Notes: a model not told the origin generated them from the letters alone. 64,000 bases of DNA from Eledone cirrhosa (GCA_964016885.1 OZ024755.1:38068001-38132000), one strand, 5' to 3'; shown: positions 41,052-54,404, numbered from the stretch's first letter. Program-made: numbers and translations.

Positions 41052-42509
41052 ATCTGTGTGTATGTGTTTATATCCATTAATTTAGTGGTGGATTGGCAGT
41101 ATCGGTAGAGGGTCGGACGCCATGCTTTCCAGCATAGTTACGTCCCTTTACGATCTGAGTTCAAATCTCGCCGAGGTTGACTTTGCCTTTCATCCTTACG
41201 GGGTCGATAAAATAAAGTACCAGTAATGCACTGGGTAATTGCTGGCCTTGTGCCTAAAGTAGAAACAATTAATTTAGTGGTTTGACAAATAGAGAAGAAA
41301 ATGTGCATCAGACTTTAAAAAAATAAATACTATTTAAGTTGGTGCCCCAGCATGGCCGTAGTCTAATGACTGAAACCAGTAAAAGAATATAGAGTAACTC
41401 TCAAATGCTCAGTTCACTCAAATTTAAATGGTACCATAGGGAGGTGAAATAAGTTAATAGTGTACACTTGCTAGAAATAACAGCCAGATCACTTATCTTC
41501 AGCTAATATCTAAAGCTTCACTGAAATATCATAATATTGGATAATAGAGGCTGACTAAATCAAAGATGAGATTGGTCGTGGCTGGAATGCATTTGATCAT
41601 AGGTTCAGTATAACCAGGGCTGACCTAGGGCTAAACAACAAGAGAAGTTCTGTGTTTCATTAGCTGGAAGTGTATGTGTGCTCACATCCCCCCTTATCAT
41701 TAGTGTTGCAGCACAACAGTCATGGGGGGTAAGGTGTTGACTTCCTGGTCACTGGTCACATGTTCATATCTACCTCAGGCATATCATTGTTTCCAATCAC
41801 AATATGGTGTCCTATATAACTTCACTTTACCAAGCTGTTGACTACAGATACCAAATCTAGAAATAAAACTTGTATTAATGTGACTAGCTTCCTATCCTGG
41901 GGGGTTATTAATCTCTCATCTGCTTCATGCCATAAAACTGGAGTTTTATTGGTATTATTATTATTTAGTAGAGCGTCGGACACCATGCTTTGTAGCATAG
42001 AGTTATGGCTCTTTACGTTCTGAGTTCAAATCTGCTGAGGTTAACTTTGCCTTTCATCCTTACGGGGTTGACAAAATAAAGTACCAGTAATGCACTGGGC
42101 TAATTGCTGGCCTTGTGCCAAAACTAGAAACAATTATTATTATTATTATTAGAGCGGCAGAGCAGCAGACACCATGCTTTTCAGCATAGAGTTATGGCCC
42201 TTTACGTTCTGAGTTCAAATCCCGCCGAGGTTAACTTTGCCTTTCATCTTTACGGGGTCAATAAAATAAAGTACCAGTAATGCACTGGGGTCAATTTAAT
42301 CGACCTCCCCCCCCAAAAAACTGTTGGCCTTGTGCCTAAAGTAGAAGCAATTATTATTATTGTGCATCATTACTGCTTTACCAAGCGCAGCTGTATGCAC
42401 CTTGGCTATGTGCAGTGTAGTTTTTGCTGATGTTGTTTCTATTGTATTGATAGTACTTTTCGTAATATGTGTGCAGTGCCTAGTAGTGCTATATATTGTA
42501 TGCTGTATA

Positions 42510-42820
42510 TCATCATCATCATCATCACCGCTTTACGTCCGTTTTTCCATGCTAGCATGGGTTAGACGGGTTGTCCTGTGTGGGCAGTGTCCGGTCGGCT
42601 GACCTTGTCTTGCTCATACGGGGACTGATTCTGGCTTGATTTCTACAGCTGGATGCCCTTCCTAACACCAATCTCATTTACAGTGAGTGCTGGGTGCTTT
42701 TTTTCCGTGGCGCCTACACGTCCACTTTACAGTGTGGGCTGGGTGCTTTTTGGCTGTGGGACCTCCACGACCACTTTACAGTTGGAGGGTGTGGGGGCAT
42801 ATTGTCTATATGCTTCAGCT
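42510..42820 (-). mobile_element. RTE/SINE tail fragment
   Basis: Reverse complement of 1535-1850. Confidence 0.75.
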
Positions 42821-42869
42821 TCGGCTTGATATATATAGAAGTAGTAACACAACAGTTAGTTCACCATTC

Positions 42870-42907
42870 CGAGAACAATTGTTTCACCTTAGCGGATCTT
42901 CAGCTCG
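42870..42907 (-). ncRNA. Minimal type I hammerhead, left arm of palindrome 42836-43011
   Basis: Minus strand: cgag-CTGAAGA-tcc(gctaa)ggt-GAAAC-aatt-GTT^-ctcg. Confidence 0.7.
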
Positions 42908-42939
42908 TACTACTCTTTTCAGTTTAACCATGACCCGTC

Positions 42940-42977
42940 TGAGCTGAAGATCCGCTAAGGTGAAACAATTGTTCTCG
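42940..42977 (+). ncRNA. Minimal type I hammerhead, right arm
   Basis: tgag-CTGAAGA-tcc(gctaa)ggt-GAAAC-aatt-GTT^-ctcg; palindromic AACAATTGTT helix III. Confidence 0.7.
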
Positions 42978-43062
42978 GTATGGTGAACTCACTGTTGTGT
43001 TACTACTTCTACCAAACTCATCTCATGGACTGGGTGCTCTCCCACTACAGATATTACCTTCC

Positions 43063-43307
43063 ATATTTGTAAGTCCTGAGGTACTCTATATAATATATAC
43101 ACAGTACCTAGTAGTGCTATCTTTTGTATGCTGTATATATTTGTAAGTCCTGTGGTACTCTATATAATATATATACAGTACCTAGTAGTGCTATCTTTTG
43201 TATGCTGTATATATTTGTAAGTCCTGTGGTACTCTATATAATATATATATACAGTACCTAGTAGTGCTATATTTTGTATGCTGTATATATTTGTAAGTCC
43301 TGGGGTA

Positions 43308-43343
<36 letters not shown>

Positions 43344-43434
43344 GTGTAAGTCCTGGGGTACTCTATGTAATATATATACAGTACCTAGTAGTGCTATATT
43401 TTGTATGCTGTATATATTTGTAAGTCCTGGGGTA

Positions 43435-43470
<36 letters not shown>

Positions 43471-43560
43471 GTGTAAGTCCTGGGGTACTCTATGTAATAT
43501 ATATACAGTACCTAGTAGTGCTATATTTTGTATGTTGTATATATTTCTAAGTCCTGGGGT
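43063..43560. repeat. ~74-bp minisatellite
   Basis: tttgtaagtcctg.ggtactctat...cagtacctagtagtgctat repeated 5-6 times. Confidence 0.85.
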
Positions 43561-44328
43561 TTTGGCTAAGTATCTGTCTGTGTTTTTCTATCTATCCCAG
43601 AGCACCTATTATTATAGGTATTGTTTCTGTTTTCATTTTCCACATTTGAGTTATTTCTATCTCCAGATCTTTATATTTGGAGAATATTTCCACTTCTTTG
43701 GAAGATATATTATCGTCTGTGGGGATCGATACATCTATTAGAAGGCAATTCTTTTTCTTTGTGGTCTTTGACTATAATATCTTGTTAGTTGGCTTTAATC
43801 TTCCTGTCTGTATGTATTGGCAGACCCCATTATTATTATTATTATAAATCTACTAAAAATAGTTTCCCCCAAAATAAGTGTATATAGACACACACAAACG
43901 TGTGCACGCATGCATACACACACACACGTGTGTGCGTGTATTTTTATGTTTATACCTTTTTTTTTTTTAAATTATCGCTCTACATACAATAAATGTAATC
44001 TGAGTTTTTCGAATATTCGAAAAACTCAGATTACATATATATATATGTATATATATACACACACAAACATACATATATATGTGTGTATATATATATATAT
44101 ATACACACATACATATATGTGTATATATATATATTCAGGTTTGAGGTTCACCACTGTATAGAGCTGGTCTATTCCATATGGTCCATCGCAATGTAATAAT
44201 ATAGAGAGTACTCAACGTAAAGCAGTTCAAGCGTCTTTGTTTTTGTAGTTGGTGGTGCTATTACGGAGTTAAATATTATAATGAAATGACAGGAGGCTGG
44301 ATTTGTGTAAATCCTTGAAAGGTTTATT

Positions 44329-44386
44329 ATACTATGATCATTTCAATGACCGGGTTCCGTATGAATCCGGTGATATCATCAGGTAT
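44329..44386 (-). ncRNA. Minimal type I hammerhead, left arm of palindrome 44272-44571
   Basis: Exact mirror of 44457-44514. Confidence 0.7.
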
Positions 44387-44456
44387 TCGAAATATAATAC
44401 GTGAATGTAATAGATAAAATCCATTTTATCTATTACATTCACGTATTATATTTCGA

Positions 44457-44514
44457 ATACCTGATGATATCACCGGATTCATACGGAACCCGGTCATTGA
44501 AATGATCATAGTAT
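44457..44514 (+). ncRNA. Minimal type I hammerhead, right arm
   Basis: atac-CTGATGA-tatcaccggattc(atacg)gaacccggtcatt-GAAAT-gatc-ATA^-gtat, followed by AATAAA. Confidence 0.7.
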
Positions 44515-44564
44515 AATAAACCTTTCAAGGATTTACACAAATCCAGCCTCCTGTCATTTCATTA

Positions 44565-44596
<32 letters not shown>

Positions 44597-46279
44597 CATA
44601 CATACACAAACATACATGTATATGTATATATATATATATATATATATAAACATGTATATATTAATTTGATTAAAATAACAGGATGCTGGACTGGTAATGC
44701 TCCTTTTAAAGTTTTATTGTTGCAACTATAAATGTTTCAATTTCCTGCACCAGCCACCGGATTCAACATCAAAGATGGATAAGTTGCGTGAGGTAGAGTG
44801 CTTTTCCTAGTATTACATTCTGGTTAACTAAACGGAATGGCCAGTTCTATCCAGTGGTAAACTACGAATAAATAAATATATATATATATATATAAATTAA
44901 TAAAAACAATGAATAAAAACAAAGAAACAGTTCCTTATATTAAAAAATTCATCATTTTACGATCGTTTCTAGGATATATATGTGTGTGTTGGTATGTATA
45001 TCATATAGATCTATGTAAAAATTTTACAAACTATCAGAGGGAATATACATACCTACACATATATATGCTGTCTTCAGAAATAATTGTTTCTACGTTAAGC
45101 ACAATGCCAGCAATTACCCAGTGTATTACTGGTACTGTATTTTATCGACCCCGTAAGGATGAAAGGCAAAGTTAACCTCAGCAGATTTGAACTCAGAACG
45201 TAAAGAGCCATAACTCTATGCTACAAAGCATGGTGTCCGGCGCTCTACTAAATAATAATAATACCAATAAAACTCCAGTTTTATGGCATGAAGCAGATGA
45301 GAGATTAATAACCCCCCAGGATAGGAAGCTAGTCACATTAATACAAGTTTTATTTCTAGATTTGGTATCTGTAGTCAACAGCTTGGTAAAGTGAAGTTAT
45401 ATAGGACACCATATTGTGATAGGAAACAATGATATGCCTGAGGTAGATATGAACATGTGACCAGTGACCAGGAAGTCAACACCTTACCCCCCATGACTGT
45501 TGTGCTGCAACACTAATGATAAGGGGGGATGTGAGATGTGACCAGGAAGTCAACACCTTACCCCCCATGACTGTTGTGCTGCAACACTAATGATAAGGGG
45601 GGATGTGAGCACACATACACTTCCAGCTAATGAAACACAGAACTTCTCTTGTTGTTTAGCCCTAGGTCAGCTCTGGTTATACTGAACCTATGATCAAATG
45701 CATTCCAGCCACGACCAATCTCATCTTTGATTTAGTCAGCCTCTATTATCCAATATTATGATATTTCAGTGAAGCTTTAGATATTAGCTGAAGATAAGTG
45801 ATCTGGCTGTTATTTCTAGCAAGTGTACACTATTAACTTATTTCACCTCCCTATGGTACTATTTAAATTTGAGTGAACTGAGCAATTACCCAGTGTATTA
45901 CTGGTACTTTATTTTATCGACCCCGTAAGGATGAAAGGCAAAGTTAACCTGTCTTCAGAAATAATGACTCTGTTTTCCTGTGATTTCCATCGAAAACAAT
46001 GTTTGAATATATCTTCTCTTTTCATGATATTTGGATTACATTGAGTTCTTCATACGGATTGGACACTACCGTATATTTTGGTAGATTTATCAACATATAT
46101 ATACATATATATATATATATGTATCAACTAGAAATTGATTGACATATATATATATATATTTAAAATAAACACATGAAACAATCACAGGGGATAATTTGTA
46201 AAGTGTGTAATCACACACAGCTGGATATGGCGCATGTCTCGGACATGACTCCTTTAATTTAATTTAATTAAATCTATTT

Positions 46280-46320
<41 letters not shown>

Positions 46321-46868
46321 TTTCATCCTGACGTCACTAGCCCCGTTTTTCCTCATGTGCTTTTTCATAATTACACATGATGGCGAACTAGCCAGTTTTA
46401 GAATTCCCTTTTTCGGATTATAATACTGTGAGAGCCCTGGTTTCTGTTGAGCTCTGCTGACGATTGAAATCCAACCGTGACCATCTCCACTGAAAGTTTT
46501 CATGAAATAGTCTTTTAAGACTATACAGAGCATTTGATGTTATTCCAAATTGAAGGATAAGTGTTTCAAACTTTATTTTATCATGAGTTAAAGGTCTATT
46601 GATTTTTCCCTGGATTTAACTAAATTCTGTGGATGAATTTATATCCTGATTCTCTTTGAGATGAGTTTGAATTATTTTTCCTAAATCTTACGTTAACTAC
46701 TTTTCCCGTCTTGACGTTATAGTCGCATATATGTTATAGAATGCTGTTAGCTTCTCGCTAAAACAATCTCTATACCTCTCATTTATATATATATATATAT
46801 ATATATACATACATGCATGCATATGTACATATTGTTCTATATTAAATGCTTGTTTGCATGTGTTCCAG

Positions 46869-46907
46869 ACAAGACCATTATCTTATCCTGGAAGACAAAG
46901 ATACAAG
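46869..46907 (+). CDS. Candidate micro-exon (39 nt, phase 0-0): TRPLSYPGRQRYK
   Basis: tgtgttccAG acceptor and AAG|GTATTT donor; frame-preserving; compatible with the phase-0 end of the 34527 exon. Confidence 0.6.
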
Positions 46908-47074
46908 GTATTTCTCTCTACAATATTCTGTCAGCACTATGTCACATCTTCACCGTGCAGCACTTCACTTTCAGCTTTTCTAGAATTTTTCCTCTTCAAG
47001 AAAAATGAACAGCAAACATAAGTCAACACATTTTTGACATGTCAGTTTAATGCTTAATAATAATAATAATAATA

Positions 47075-48480
47075 ATGAAATTATTGTGTAAAGTGCTCAG
47101 GTGCACTACAACTCGTCAAAGGTGTATGTATAGTACATAGAATAATACACAAATGTCAGGGAAGTGAATAGTGTATGAGTCATGGTATACATGTGTGTAT
47201 GTGTATGGAGGGGGAACATTAGCTGTAGTGTTGGCGGATCTCGGGAAGCATGGAGGCCTTAAAGGATGCAGTGTCTCGACAGCTAACAACTGATGCAGAT
47301 AGTTTGTTCCATGGAGGTTTTAAAGGATGCAGTGTCCCGACAGCTAACAACCGATGCAGGTAGTTTGTTCCATGGAGGCCTTAAAGGATGCAGTGTCTCG
47401 ACAGCTAACAACTGATGCAGATAGTTTGTTCCATGGAGGTTTTAAAGGATGCAGTGTCCCGACAGCTAACAACCGATGCAGGTAGTTTGTTCCATGGAGG
47501 CCTTAAAGGATGCAGTGTCTCGACAGCTAACAACCGATGCAGGTAGTTTGTTCTATGGAGGCCTTAAAGGATGCAGTGTCTCGACAGCTAACAACCGATG
47601 CAGGTAGTTTGTTCTATGGGGGCCTTAAAGGATGCAGTGTCTCGACAGCTAACAACTGATGCAGGTAGTTTGTTCCATGGAGGCCTTAAAGGATGCAGTG
47701 TCTCGACAGCTAACAACCGATGCAGGTAGTTTGTTCCATGGAGGTTTTAAAGGATGCAGTGTCCCGACAGCTAACAACTGATGCAGGTAGTTTGTTCCAT
47801 GGAGGCCTTAAAGGATGCAGTGTCTCGACAGCTAACAACCGATGCAGGTAGTTTGTTCCATGGAGGTTTTAAAGGATGCAGTGTCCCGACAGCTAACAAC
47901 CGATGCAGGTAGTTTGTTCCATGGAGGCCTTAAAGGATGCAGTGTCCCGACAGCTAACAACCGATGCAGGTAGTTTGTTCCATGGAGGCCTTAAAGGATG
48001 CAGTGTCTCGACAGCTAACAACCGATGCAGGTAGTTTGTTCCATGGAGGCCTTAAAGGATGCAGTGTCTCGACAGCTAACAACCGATGCAGGTAGTTTGT
48101 TCCATGGAGGCCTTAAAGGATGCAGTGTCTCGACAGCTAACAACCGATGCAGGTAGTTTGTTCCATGGAGGCCTTAAAGGATGCAGTGTCCTGACAGCTA
48201 ACAACCGATGCAGGTAGTTTGTTCCATGCTTCAGCAACTCTGAGCATGAAAAAATGTTTCCGAAAGTCATGGGAACTGTGCTGTTTTCTGACTTTGTGGG
48301 CATGTCCACGTGGTGTTAGACACATGGAAATCAAAAAGGTACTCAGGGTTGTTGTTGGCAAGATGTTTAACAATTTTGTGTGTGTTTACCAAGTCAGTTG
48401 CCAGGCGTCAGAGCTTCAATGTATCCATGCCCAGGGAAGCAAGGCGTTCAGAGTATGGTTTGAAGTAATACACACAATCA
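47075..48480 (-). mobile_element. CR1-clade LINE 3' fragment containing a 61-bp tandem array (~16 copies, 47249-48226)
   Basis: RGHAHKVRKQHSSHDFRKHFFMLRVAEAWNKLP matches the CR1 RGH...FFxxRVxxxWNxLP C-terminal motif; (ATT)n tail. Confidence 0.85.
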
Positions 48481-48678
48481 CTGACATTGTGTATGTCTCT
48501 GTGTGTGTGTATCTGTGTATGTCTGTATGTGTGTTGTGTGTGTCTGTACTTCTGCACAGTTTCTGTCTACCAAATTTTGCTGACAAGGCATTAGTTGCCC
48601 CAAGACTATAGTTGAATACACCACTCCCCCGAGGTGCTATACAGTGGCACAAACTTCTTAGCTACACCTGTAAATGTA

Positions 48679-48754
<76 letters not shown>

Positions 48755-48758
<4 letters not shown>

Positions 48759-49137
48759 ACCTGCCTTCTCTACGTACAAAGTTAACCTACAGTCAGTAAG
48801 CCCCTTTTAACCAAACATACACACCAACCACTACCCTTACTCCATCCTCCCACTCCCGCCAACACCACCCTTACTCTATAAAGTTATGTTGGTACCACAA
48901 CACCCAGTCCAAACTAAAGAGGTCGTGTAGGTGCCACAACAAAAGGCCCCAGTCAACACTGTAAATGTGGTCGGTGCTAGGAAGGGCATCCAGCTGTAGA
49001 AAACCTGCCAGATATAGTCCTTATCGGGCGAGACACAGTCACCCGATCAATCTTGCCTCAAGTGGGACAATTCCCATCTAACCCATGCTAGCGTGGAAGA
49101 TAGACATTAAACGATGATGATGATGATGATGATGATG

Positions 49138-49140
<3 letters not shown>
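48755..49140 (+). mobile_element. RTE LINE 3' UTR fragment
   Basis: acctacagtcagta..aagttatgttggta..ggaagggcatccagc..(ATG)n, as in 11220-11600. Confidence 0.8.
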
Positions 49141-49173
<33 letters not shown>

Positions 49174-49515
49174 CTTCTCTTTGCTTCATATCTGATATCA
49201 CTAATGCAACTATTGATATTTGTACATGTCCTGCATAAACTAAAGTCCAGCTGTTAAACATATAAAGATCCATACCTGACTTAAAATCCAAGTGGAAGTT
49301 GGTGTCAGGACGTGCATCTGGTCATAGAATCCTTTCCCAGAATGTGTTGTCCAACCCATGCTAACATGATGATGTACATTCCAGTTGTTTGATCAACAGA
49401 ATAGCCTGCTTGTCAATTATCATGCAAGTGCTTCGTCATTCCACAGATGTTGTGAACCCTTAATATAATTCTCAGGGAGATTCATCATGACATGGAGTGT
49501 GACTAGACATAACCT

Positions 49516-49832
49516 TTAACCCTTTAGCATTTAAACCGGCCATATCTGGCCAGGATTCTCTTGCCTATTTCAGTTCAAACCGGCCGTATTGTTAACGTAT
49601 TGTTCTCAAAATAAAAAATATCAAAATCTCATAGATTCGATATTATGTGGGATATGTGAGATATTATGTGGGATATGTGAGATATTATGTGGGATATGTG
49701 AGATATTATGTGAGATATGTGGGATATGTGAGATATTATGTGGGATATGTGAGATATTATGTGGGATAAGTGAGATATTATGTGAGGTAAAGCCTTTACT
49801 GTGAAAATATAATAGTAAATATAGAATAATGT
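49516..49832 (+). mobile_element. piggyBac-type MITE (right TIR missing) with internal ~21-bp repeats
   Basis: TTAA-ccctttagcattta left end; tandem gatattatgtgggatatgtga. Confidence 0.75.
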
Positions 49833-50008
49833 GAAGAAGATCTCTCAAACATTTGCTCATGCTGCTTCCATGATTACTACTACTACTACTACACAGACTC
49901 ACACTTGTACACTTGCACACACACATACTTGCACAAATACACACTTGTGCACTCATGCATAGATACCCACGTGCATGTTTTTTAAAGATTGCCTGTAATA
50001 CACAATAC

Positions 50009-50074
<66 letters not shown>

Positions 50075-50205
50075 TTTGATTGATTTCCCACCGAAAGACC
50101 AATTATAAAATTAATGTTGTTATCAATCTCGACATGTCCAAACAGCTATATTTTTATTTTGACATCATTCTCTGCTGTTCATATTTCTTAAAATATATGT
50201 ACACA

Positions 50206-50261
<56 letters not shown>

Positions 50262-50265
<4 letters not shown>

Positions 50266-50289
50266 CTTCTACCTCATACATATATATAT

Positions 50290-50358
<69 letters not shown>

Positions 50359-50599
50359 CTTTTACCTCATACATACATATATATATATATATTTATTAGC
50401 TTTTACCTCATATATATATATTAGCTTTTGCCTCATATATAAGCTTTTACCTCATACATATATATATATTAGCTTTTACCTCATATATTAGCTAGTACCT
50501 CACACATATATATATAATATATATATTAGCTTTTACCTCATATATATATAAGCTTTTTCCTCATACACATATATATATATATTAGCTTTTACTGCATGC

Positions 50600-50632
<33 letters not shown>

Positions 50633-50703
50633 AGCTTTTACCTCTTACATACATATATATATATTAGCTTTTACCTCATGCATATATATATTAGCTTTTT
50701 CCT

Positions 50704-50743
<40 letters not shown>

Positions 50744-50830
50744 CTTCTACTTCATATATATATATATATATATTAGCTTTTACCTCATGCATATATATAT
50801 TAGCTTTTTCCTCATACATACATATATATA
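50262..50830. repeat. ttagcttttacctcat + (TA)n minisatellite
   Basis: Repeated motif; one more unit at 54239-54256, beyond the giant palindrome. Confidence 0.9.
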
Positions 50831-50962
50831 TAGTATACTAGGGAAAGGATCAGGGGTGTATAACACTCCACTTATCCAGCAGGCAGTATAAGGTTAGCTC
50901 AATGTCTGAGGACAGAGCCGTGATATAATAAATAACAAAGAACGCCTATAGCATATGCATAT

Positions 50963-51020
50963 CTTTACTTGCTAACATTGTTTCATCCGCACTATAAGTG
51001 GGACTCATCAGAGCATAAAG
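50963..51020 (-). ncRNA. Type I hammerhead, left arm
   Basis: Mirror of 54120-54177. Confidence 0.75.
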
Positions 51021-51602
51021 GTTAATTACATACCATACAAGCAATAACAAATCCAAGACATTGAAGAATGAAAAATAATAATAGACGATAAAGGATATTA
51101 AGGAAGTAAAAGTAAAAATAAAGATAAGAATAAAAATAAAAATAAAAATAAAAATAAAAATAAGAATAAGATAATAAAATAAACAATGAAAAATAAGGGG
51201 TGCTATCAGTCACAGTTGGGCGGGGTGCTGTCAACATATAGTTACATACAAGCATACACATGGATAAGAGAACAGACAAGAGTAGATAAGATAGATGGGA
51301 TTAGGTAAGAGTAGGTAAAAAATAGGTGAAAAACAGACTTATAATATATATAAGAAAATATAAAGAAATACATAACAAACTTACATATAAAATATAAAAT
51401 ATACAGATAATAGTGATACAGGGTAAGGAATGAGATAAAATAATATAAAATTAAAATTAAAATAATATAAAATAGAACATAATATAATATAATCGTAAAA
51501 TAAGATAAAATAAGGTAAACTAAAATCAAATAACATAGACTAAATTAAAATAATATAATATAAGATATAATTAAATGTATAATTAAATGTAATTAAATGT
51601 AA

Positions 51603-51638
<36 letters not shown>

Positions 51639-53365
51639 AAATTAAATAAATAAATAAAATTAAAATTTAAATTTAAATAAATAAATAAATAAGTAAATAA
51701 ATAAATGGAGTTAAATAAGTAAATAAATAAAATTAGATAACATGAAATGAAATAAAATAAAATAAAATGAAATAAAGTAAATTGAGATAAGATATATATT
51801 TTTTTAGAATATATCTCTTGAATATATCAGGGGCCCACGAAGGCACTAAGTGTCACAGTTATGTGTATCACTTGACCATTTTTTTAAAGTATATTTCTTG
51901 AAAACATCAGGGGCCCAGGAAGGCACTAAGTGTCACAGTCCCCAGTATCACTTGACCATTGCAAGGCAATGGAGGCGTCCCAGGTTGGGCAGTCTCAAAA
52001 GTTCACTCGAAAGTCACGGGTGTGCATTCACACAGTTGAGCGGTGGGGTAATCACAAACCGGTTCACACCCGGGCAGGAGTCCAATGGTCAGAGAGAGGT
52101 GCATCGAAGGAGGTAGAAGAATTCACGTGCATTAGCAAGCGAGGTGCAGGCGGGTTAGCCAAAGCAAGCAGACACAGTTGTAGCGCATACAAAAGATATA
52201 TAAAAAGACAGAAGATATATAAAAAATAGCTTCAAGAGCCATTAAGTCACTGCATTGGGACATCACAAGATTGTGCACATCAATATGTTCAGCACGTATA
52301 TGCACATATACACACCACATGCATATGCAGAGACGGTATACATATATATATATATATTTTTTTATATACAGACATATACAACCACCTACACCCATACACA
52401 TATAAATGTATACACGGACACACACGCACACACACACAGCGTAGGACACCCGGGTCAAAGCTGATATTAAACACCGAAATACCACATTAGACCAGACCCA
52501 CCACCACAGGTAATACATTCAAAATAAATACATAAATAAATAAATACATAAATACACCACCTGTGGTGGTGGGTCTGGTCTAATGTGGTATTTCGGTGTT
52601 TAATATCAGCTTTGACCCGGGTGTCCTACGCTGTGTGTGTGTGCGTGTGTGTCCGTGTATACATTTATATGTGTATGGGTGTAGGTGGTTGTATATGTCT
52701 GTATATAAAAAAATATATATATATATATGTATACCGTCTCTGCATATGCATGTGGTGTGTATATGTGCATATACGTGCTGAACATATTGATGTGCACAAT
52801 CTTGTGATGTCCCAATGCGGTGACTTAATGGCTCTTGAAGCTATTTTTTATATATCTTCTGTCTTTTTATATATCTTTTGTATGCGCTACAACTGTATCT
52901 GCTTGCTTTGGCTAACCCGCCTGCACCTCGCTTGCTAATGCACGTGAATTCTTCTACCTCCTTCGATGCACCTCTCTCTGACCATTGGACTCCTGCCCGG
53001 GTGTGAACCGGTTTGTGATTACCCCACCGCTCAACTGTGTGAATGCACACCCGTGACTTTCGAGTGAACTTTTGAGACTGCCCAACCTGGGACGCCTCCA
53101 TTGCCTTGCAATGGTCAAGTGATACTGGGGACTGTGACACTTAGTGCCTTCCTGGGCCCCTGATGTTTTCAAGAAATATACTTTAAAAAAATGGTCAAGT
53201 GATACACATAACTGTGACACTTAGTGCCTTCGTGGGCCCCTGATATATTCAAGAGATATATTCTAAAAAAATATATATCTTATCTCAATTTACTTTATTT
53301 CATTTTATTTTATTTTATTTCATTTCATGTTATCTAATTTTATTTATTTACTTATTTAACTCCAT

Positions 53366-53401
<36 letters not shown>

Positions 53402-53441
53402 ATTTTAATTTTAATTTTAATTTTATTTATTTATTTAATTT

Positions 53442-53489
<48 letters not shown>

Positions 53490-54119
53490 TTACATTTAAT
53501 TACATTTAATTATACATTTAATTATATCTTATATTATATTATTTTAATTTAGTCTATGTTATTTGATTTTAGTTTACCTTATTTTATCTTATTTTACGAT
53601 TATATTATATTATGTTCTATTTTATATAATTTTAATTTTAATTTTATATTATTTTATCTCATTCCTTACCCTGTATCACTATTATCTGTATATTTTATAT
53701 TTTATATGTAAGTTTGTTATGTATTTCTTTATATTTTCTTATATATATTATAAGTCTGTTTTTCACCTATGTTTTACCTACTCTTACCTAATCCCATCTA
53801 TCTTATCTACTCTTGTCTGTTCTCTTATCCATGTGTATGCTTGTATGTAACTATATGTTGACAGCACCCCGCCCAACTGTGACTGATAGCACCCCTTATT
53901 TTTCATTGTTTATTTTATTATCTTATTCTTATTCTTATTTTTATTTTTATTTTTATTTTTATTTTTATTTTTATTTTTATTTTTATTTTTATTTTTATTT
54001 TTATTTTTATTCTTATCTTTGTTTTTACTTTTACTTCCTTAATATCCTTTATCGTCTATTATTATTTTTCATTCTTCAATGTCTTGGATTTGTTATTGCT
54101 TGTATGGTATGTAATTAAC

Positions 54120-54177
54120 CTTTATGCTCTGATGAGTCCCACTTATAGTGCGGATGAAACAATGTTAGCAAGTAAAG
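54120..54177 (+). ncRNA. Type I hammerhead, right arm
   Basis: ctttatgct-CTGATGA-gtcccact(tat)agtgcggat-GAAAC-aat-GTT^-agca(ag)taaag: bulged 9-bp helix I, 8-bp helix II, GUU triplet. Confidence 0.75.
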
Positions 54178-54252
54178 ATATGCATATGCTATAGGCGTTC
54201 TTTGTTATTTATTATATACATATATATATATATATATATTAGCTTCTACCTC

Positions 54253-54304
<52 letters not shown>

Positions 54305-54363
54305 ATATATATATATACACATATTTATATGCAGACATATTTTTTAATATGTTTGTGTGTATG

Positions 54364-54404
<41 letters not shown>

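Larger units (their letters stand above)
41406..45884. repeat. Inverted duplication, ~730-800-bp arms (41406-42137 / 45081-45884)
   Basis: Near-identical reverse complements including non-SINE sequence; the right arm has an extra ~70-bp tandem duplication near 45465-45607. Confidence 0.9.
50833..54217. mobile_element. 3.3-kb fold-back element (arms 50923-52511 / 52559-54217), non-coding, hammerhead-bearing, Penelope-like
   Basis: Arms are reverse complements with scattered substitutions and different microsatellite lengths; 47-nt spacer; ~90-nt unpaired tail on the left; no convincing ORF. Confidence 0.75.

Noticed and set aside
51850-53220. Mirror-image 88-128 aa ORFs in the giant palindrome
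   Set aside because: No RT, GIY-YIG or other motif; the duplication simply reflects the inverted repeat.
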